Positions 59,280 to 64,000 of a stretch of DNA of 64,000 nt are shown in pieces. The DNA is from an uncultured virus (IMG/VR IMGVR_UViG_3300032268_000759). Its lineage: Duplodnaviria > Heunggongvirae > Uroviricota > Caudoviricetes. A model generated the notes under the pieces. The model did not search any database. It was not told where the DNA came from and saw nothing but the letters and a program-made list of their open reading frames with translations. The stretch spans positions 32,001 through 96,000 of IMG/VR virus record IMGVR_UViG_3300032268_000759; one strand, 5' to 3'. Within the stretch, counting starts at the first letter, position 1. Every line of letters begins with the position of its first letter. A program made the position numbers and the translations under genes.

Positions 59280-62174
59280 ATGCCAAATTGGAAAAAAATT
59301 GTCACTAGTGGCTCAGATGCTGCTCTAAACTCATTAAATGTTACTTCAGGTGTAACAGGTTCATTATTTGGAACAGCCTCATTTGCTACAACAGCATCAT
59401 TTGCCTTAAATGTAGGCGCAACTATAAATACAGGTTCATTTGCAACTACTGGCTCAAACATATTTATAGGTAATCAAACAATATCTGGTTCTCTATCACA
59501 GGGATTAAGTACTTTAGCCTCAGGGAGCTTTTCACATGCAGAAGGATTTCTTACTATAGCTTCAGGGAGTTATTCACATGCTGAAGGATCAGGATCAATA
59601 TCATTTGGAATAGGATCACATGCTGAAGGAGAATTTACTATGGCATCTGGAAGCTACTCACATGCTGAAGGATATTATACATCAGCTTCAGAAGCTTACT
59701 CACATGCTGAAGGATATGGATCAATAGCCTTAGGAGTAGCTTCACATGCTGAAGGAATAGGTACTGCAGCATTAGGAAATGTTTCACACACTGAAGGCAA
59801 TGAGACAACAGCTTCTGGAGATTATTCACACACTGAAGGTAGTAATACAACAACATTAGGATATAGTTCACACGCTGAAGGTTATTTTACATTAGCATTA
59901 GGATCATACTCCCATGCTGAAGGTTATAATACAGTAACATCAGGATCAACTTCCCACGCGGAAGGAAATAGTACACAAGCAATAGGAATTGCTTCACATG
60001 CTGAAGGATGGGTGACACAAGCCGTAGGATCAGGATCACATGCTGAAGGATACTTTACATCAGCATCAGGACCTCATTCACATGCTGAAGGATCAGGATC
60101 AATAGCCTCAGGATTAGCTTCACATGCTGAAGGACTTAATACAGTAGCACAAGGTAATTACCAACATGTTCAAGGCCAATATAATATATCATCATCAGTA
60201 CAATCAGCTTTTATTGTAGGTAATGGAACTGATGATAGCAATAGACGTAATCTTATATATGCTGCAGGTACACAAGTTGAAATAACAGGTTCATTAAATG
60301 TAACTCAAGGCATAACAGGTTCACTATTCGGAACAGCATCATTTGCAACAACAGCATCCTTTGCCTTAAATGCCGGTACAACTATAAATACAAGTTCATT
60401 AGCAACTACAGGCTCAAATTCATTTGTAGGTAACCAAACTATAACAGGTTCATTTACTGTCACTACTGGCTCAAATATTGAACTGCAAGTACTAGACACA
60501 GGTGTTAGATTAGGTAATATTTCAACAGATGCTCATACTATAACAGGTAGTTTAGGAGTAAGTGGTAGTTTAAATATTACTGGATCAGATGCAAATACTT
60601 TACAAGTAAGAGGATCAGGCTCAGCTATAGCATCAAGCGCTATCCAGGCTCGAAATGGAGCAGGTACTACTTTGTTTACTGTTAGAAATGATGGTAAAAC
60701 TGTAGTTGGTTCTAATTCAGGATCAACAGCATCAGGTGTATTAACTATATTTCAAGGAGGATCAAGTTTTGGAAATGGTATTAATTTTCAAACTACAGCA
60801 AATGATGCCAATACATTTGGTATAGGAGCATCAAGTACTAGTACTATTCAAATGGGATTTAATGCTGGTTATTGGAATGTTACTGGGAATCGTTTAGGTA
60901 GTTCATTAGTTAGTCTTGACACTAATGGTTATGGTACATTAGGAACAGGACTATATGGTAGTGGTATTGATATACAAGGTACATACACTAACCCAGGAGG
61001 TGCTGGTTTTGGAAATGGTGGAGGACGAGGTGGTAATTCATTTGTTGATAGTGCAATAGTAACTGTAAATGCTTCATCAACTAACACATTAGCACAATAT
61101 GCTACATTATTTGCTAATCGTACTGTAAATATTACTGGTTCACAATTACCAATTTCTAGTATAGTATTAAATAATACCTATAATCAAACACAAGCTGTAT
61201 CATCAGGCAGTATAATTGGTATTAACCATATGCCTGTTTTAACATCAGCCTATAACTATAGAGCATTTGATTTTGGTAATACAACAGTATACACTCCAAA
61301 TGCAGCTGTAACTAATTATGTTTGGAGTACTATATATTCTAATGTGAGTGCTTCTGTAAATAATCAACAGATTACAGGTTTAGATATTGTACTTAGTGGT
61401 TCAAACTCATCATTTACTGGAGTAAGAAGATCAGCTTTAAGATTAGCTACCCAAAATACAAATGACACAGCATTAACTGCTGTAGGTACTGTTATAATCA
61501 CAGGTTCATTAATTGTTACTGGTGGTATAACAGGAAGTTTATCTGGTTCATCTGGGGGAGGAGCAGCGTTCCCATTCACAGGCTCAGCTGGTATATCAGG
61601 AAGCTTAAGTGTAAATGGACCTATATCAGGTTCATATGTTAGACTATCTGGTTCATTTAATACAGCAGCATCTGGCTCAATATTAACAGTAATAGGTTCA
61701 GGCTCAGCACAACCAATATTTACAGTACAGGGATCTCAAGGTGAACTATTCTCAGTAACAGATAGTTTAACAGGATCTTTATTTAGTGTAAATGATATAT
61801 CAGGTTTGCCAATATTAGAAGTATTCTCTGATAATACCATATTAATGGGTGACTATCAGGATCCGATGTTATTAACTACCAAAAAAGTAACACAAACAAA
61901 CTCAGGATCATTTATAATTTACAGTATACCAACAGCATCATATGATGGAGCATTTATAGAATATACAATAAAATCAGGTTCAAATGCAAGAGCAGGAACT
62001 ATAATGAGTACCTGGGCTGGTTCATCAATTGAATTTACAGAGGTAGATACAATGGATATAGGTAATACAGCAGTAGTAGGATTAACAATGATACTATCAG
62101 GATCAAATGCAGTAATGACAGGTTCATCATCAACTGGATCTTGGACAATTAGAACAATAATAAGAGCAGTATAG
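59280..62174 (+). CDS. tail fibre protein with YadA-head-like repeats
   Basis: 15 SH[AT]EG repeats; Gly/Ser/Thr-rich shaft motifs. Confidence 0.75.
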   Translation: MPNWKKIVTSGSDAALNSLNVTSGVTGSLFGTASFATTASFALNVGATINTGSFATTGSNIFIGNQTISGSLSQGLSTLASGSFSHAEGFLTIASGSYSHAEGSGSISFGIGSHAEGEFTMASGSYSHAEGYYTSASEAYSHAEGYGSIALGVASHAEGIGTAALGNVSHTEGNETTASGDYSHTEGSNTTTLGYSSHAEGYFTLALGSYSHAEGYNTVTSGSTSHAEGNSTQAIGIASHAEGWVTQAVGSGSHAEGYFTSASGPHSHAEGSGSIASGLASHAEGLNTVAQGNYQHVQGQYNISSSVQSAFIVGNGTDDSNRRNLIYAAGTQVEITGSLNVTQGITGSLFGTASFATTASFALNAGTTINTSSLATTGSNSFVGNQTITGSFTVTTGSNIELQVLDTGVRLGNISTDAHTITGSLGVSGSLNITGSDANTLQVRGSGSAIASSAIQARNGAGTTLFTVRNDGKTVVGSNSGSTASGVLTIFQGGSSFGNGINFQTTANDANTFGIGASSTSTIQMGFNAGYWNVTGNRLGSSLVSLDTNGYGTLGTGLYGSGIDIQGTYTNPGGAGFGNGGGRGGNSFVDSAIVTVNASSTNTLAQYATLFANRTVNITGSQLPISSIVLNNTYNQTQAVSSGSIIGINHMPVLTSAYNYRAFDFGNTTVYTPNAAVTNYVWSTIYSNVSASVNNQQITGLDIVLSGSNSSFTGVRRSALRLATQNTNDTALTAVGTVIITGSLIVTGGITGSLSGSSGGGAAFPFTGSAGISGSLSVNGPISGSYVRLSGSFNTAASGSILTVIGSGSAQPIFTVQGSQGELFSVTDSLTGSLFSVNDISGLPILEVFSDNTILMGDYQDPMLLTTKKVTQTNSGSFIIYSIPTASYDGAFIEYTIKSGSNARAGTIMSTWAGSSIEFTEVDTMDIGNTAVVGLTMILSGSNAVMTGSSSTGSWTIRTIIRAV
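59331..60451 (+). repeat. imperfect ~160 bp direct repeats (59331-59491 and 60291-60451)
   Basis: Both encode SLNVT..TGSLFGTASFATTASFALN..TIN..ATTGSN.F.GNQTI.GS; offset 960 nt. Confidence 0.85.
59532..60134 (+). repeat. 42-nt period coding tandem repeat (15 x SH[AT]EG)
   Basis: TCACATGCTGAAGG-like core recurring every 42 nt from 59532 to 60120. Confidence 0.9.
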
Positions 62175-62176
62175 TT

Positions 62177-62836
62177 ATGGCATTTAATTACTCACCAAAA
62201 ATAGTAACAAATGGATTAGTATTCTATTTAGATGCTGCTAACACTAAAAGTTATGTTAGTGGAAGTACTACTTGGATTAATATCTCACAAATAAATAATA
62301 ATAACGGAACACTAACTAATGGACCTACATTTAACACAGGAAGTGGAGGCAGCATAGTATTTGATGGAGTTGATGACTCAGTTGTAAGTACTAATAACAT
62401 TAATATAACAGGCTCAGCAGCTAGAACTATAAATATTTGGTTTAGAAGTACAGGTACAATATCAACACGTCAGGCATTAGCCTATTTTGGTTCAGAAGCA
62501 GCAAGTGGTAGATCATACATAGAAATAGAATCTAGTCAGTTTAAATTTAATACAGGAGCTGTTGCTCTTGGTGGAGCTGTTGTTGCAAATGTATGGTATA
62601 ATGGAGCTGTTACTTTTGGTGGAAGTATACTAACAGTATATATTAATGGTATACAAGTTAATACATCTACTCCTACTGTAAATACAGGTACTGGTAGTTT
62701 AATTTTAGGTAGATTTGTCACAAATGTATTTCCATTAACAGGAAATATAGCTCAATATTCACTATATGACAGAGCATTATCTGCTCAAGAAATTCTACGA
62801 AATTACGAAGCAACTAAAACAAGATTCGGACTATAA
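62177..62836 (+). CDS. LamG/concanavalin A-like domain virion protein
   Basis: GLVFYLDAAN..SY, LTNGPTF, FDGVDD, YDRALS. Confidence 0.8.
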   Translation: MAFNYSPKIVTNGLVFYLDAANTKSYVSGSTTWINISQINNNNGTLTNGPTFNTGSGGSIVFDGVDDSVVSTNNINITGSAARTINIWFRSTGTISTRQALAYFGSEAASGRSYIEIESSQFKFNTGAVALGGAVVANVWYNGAVTFGGSILTVYINGIQVNTSTPTVNTGTGSLILGRFVTNVFPLTGNIAQYSLYDRALSAQEILRNYEATKTRFGL

Positions 62837-62840
62837 AATT

Positions 62841-63500
62841 ATGGCAGGAAATGTAGCACCAAATACAGTAACAGATGGCTTAGTATTCTACTTAGATGCT
62901 GCTAATAATAAATCATACATTAGTGGAAGTAGTACTTGGACTGACATTAGTGAATTTCAAAGAAATGGAACTTTAACCAATGGACCTACCTTCAATACAC
63001 AAAGTGGAGGAAATATTGTGTTTGATGGTGTAGATGATTATGTTACTTTTTCAACAATAACAAATACTGTTTATACTATTGAATTTTGGTATAAGATGTT
63101 TGGTAATGATGGAACTTATGGTTATTTTGCTTCAAGTGGTAATAATGGATTAGCAATAGGAGAAGGTGGAGCTGGCGTTGGATTTGGACAATTTTATTAT
63201 TGGAATGGTACAGCTTCTGTTCTTTTAGCAACAATTCCGTCTACTACAAATTGGAATCATATATGTGCTTTAATTAATACAACCACAAATAATATACAAA
63301 TATTTGGTAACGGAAATCAACTAAGTACTTCAACTCAAACTAGCATGTCAACATCTGTTTCAAATATAGGAAGATTTATTTTTTCAAACTTAAATTTTCT
63401 TAGAGGTAATTTAGCTGTATATAGAATATATAATCGTGTGCTTACAACAACAGAAATAACACAAAACTATAACGCAACAAAAGGAAGATATGGACTATAA
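62841..63500 (+). CDS. LamG/concanavalin A-like domain virion protein
   Basis: Paralog of previous gene; ATG at 62841. Confidence 0.8.
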   Translation: MAGNVAPNTVTDGLVFYLDAANNKSYISGSSTWTDISEFQRNGTLTNGPTFNTQSGGNIVFDGVDDYVTFSTITNTVYTIEFWYKMFGNDGTYGYFASSGNNGLAIGEGGAGVGFGQFYYWNGTASVLLATIPSTTNWNHICALINTTTNNIQIFGNGNQLSTSTQTSMSTSVSNIGRFIFSNLNFLRGNLAVYRIYNRVLTTTEITQNYNATKGRYGL

Positions 63501-63753
63501 TAATAGAAATTTTATGATATTTAGTGTAACAGAGTTACCTAATATCGATTTTACTCAAGTATGCGAAACATCAATCGATACAGTAAGAAAATCAGTTGAT
63601 GGAACAAAAACATTTGTTAAATGGGATGGAGAAATTATTCCATCAAGTGTAGAAAGTCTTACAACAAAAGAAGGATCTTATAACTATGAGGAAATAGTAG
63701 TAATATTAGCTACAGAGGAATGGACTGATCCTAATATATTAGTGGGAATATAG
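63490..63753 (+). CDS. small phage protein
   Basis: RKSVDGTKTFVKW; lies between LamG genes. Confidence 0.6.
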   Translation: MDYNNRNFMIFSVTELPNIDFTQVCETSIDTVRKSVDGTKTFVKWDGEIIPSSVESLTTKEGSYNYEEIVVILATEEWTDPNILVGI

Positions 63754-63754
63754 T

Positions 63755-64000
63755 ATGAGTACTGTAGGAAATTGGAGAGGGCCAGATATAGTTAAAGATG
63801 GATTAGTATTCTATTTAGATGCTGGTTCACCAAATTCTTATTTTGATAAGAGTAGTGCTATTATTAATGATATTAGTGGAAATGGAACTAATGGAACTTT
63901 AACTAACGGACCTACATTTAATACTGGAAATGGAGGTAGTATAGTATTTGATGGTACAAATGATACCATAATAATGCCAACAACAGTAGTAAATTCTACA
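63755..64000 (+). CDS. LamG-domain protein, 3'-truncated
   Basis: MSTVGNWRGPDIVKDGLVFYLDAG...LTNGPTF..FDGTND, open to window end. Confidence 0.75.
   Translation, partial: MSTVGNWRGPDIVKDGLVFYLDAGSPNSYFDKSSAIINDISGNGTNGTLTNGPTFNTGNGGSIVFDGTNDTIIMPTTVVNST

Noticed and set aside
59532-60134. Regular repeats resembling a CRISPR array
   Set aside because: 42-nt in-frame period with synonymous variation; a protein repeat, and no cas operon is present
8604-62721. Minus-strand ORFs in the track (e.g. 8604, 21100, 39639, 48297, 51592)
   Set aside because: They lie antisense to well-supported + strand genes and show no motifs; shadow ORFs
59280-64000. Diversity-generating retroelement in fibre/LamG repeats
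   Set aside because: No reverse transcriptase in the window and repeat differences are not adenine-specific
1-64000. Stop-codon reassignment
   Set aside because: Core genes are intact in the standard code, coding density is high, and TAA, TAG and TGA all end genes
1-64000. tRNA or rRNA genes
   Set aside because: No cloverleaf or rRNA-like segment recognised by eye; intergenic gaps are mostly too short

Overview
Very AT-rich, densely coded window with every supported gene on the + strand. It comes from a large T4-like (myovirus-type) phage that most likely infects a Bacteroidota host: TTTG-N20-TAnnTT promoters, no obvious Shine-Dalgarno sites, an Hc1-like histone and envelope proteins with D-[ST]-x sequons. 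In order it holds an early block (VWA + MoxR AAA ATPase, HD hydrolase, gp55-like late sigma factor), baseplate genes (gp5-, gp25-, gp6-like and others), primase and exonuclease, a ~26 kb block of accessory genes, the head module (terminase, portal, gp21 protease, scaffold, gp23 capsid), PhoH, neck/tail-completion genes and tail-fibre/LamG genes. The top candidate novel system is capsid-cargo loading. About 20 accessory proteins carry short leader motifs, one of which copies the scaffold's C-terminal tail (RFQKLAGII). Many of them look like polyproteins of unrelated effector modules (ADP-ribosyltransferase, nuclease, nucleotidyltransferase, peptidase, HAD phosphatase) joined at [LIM]-x-E sites that match T4-type prohead-protease specificity. 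A second signal is a dense [ST]-[GAS]-S motif in outer virion proteins, a possible virion-modification sequon. All family assignments are by motif recognition; no searches were run.
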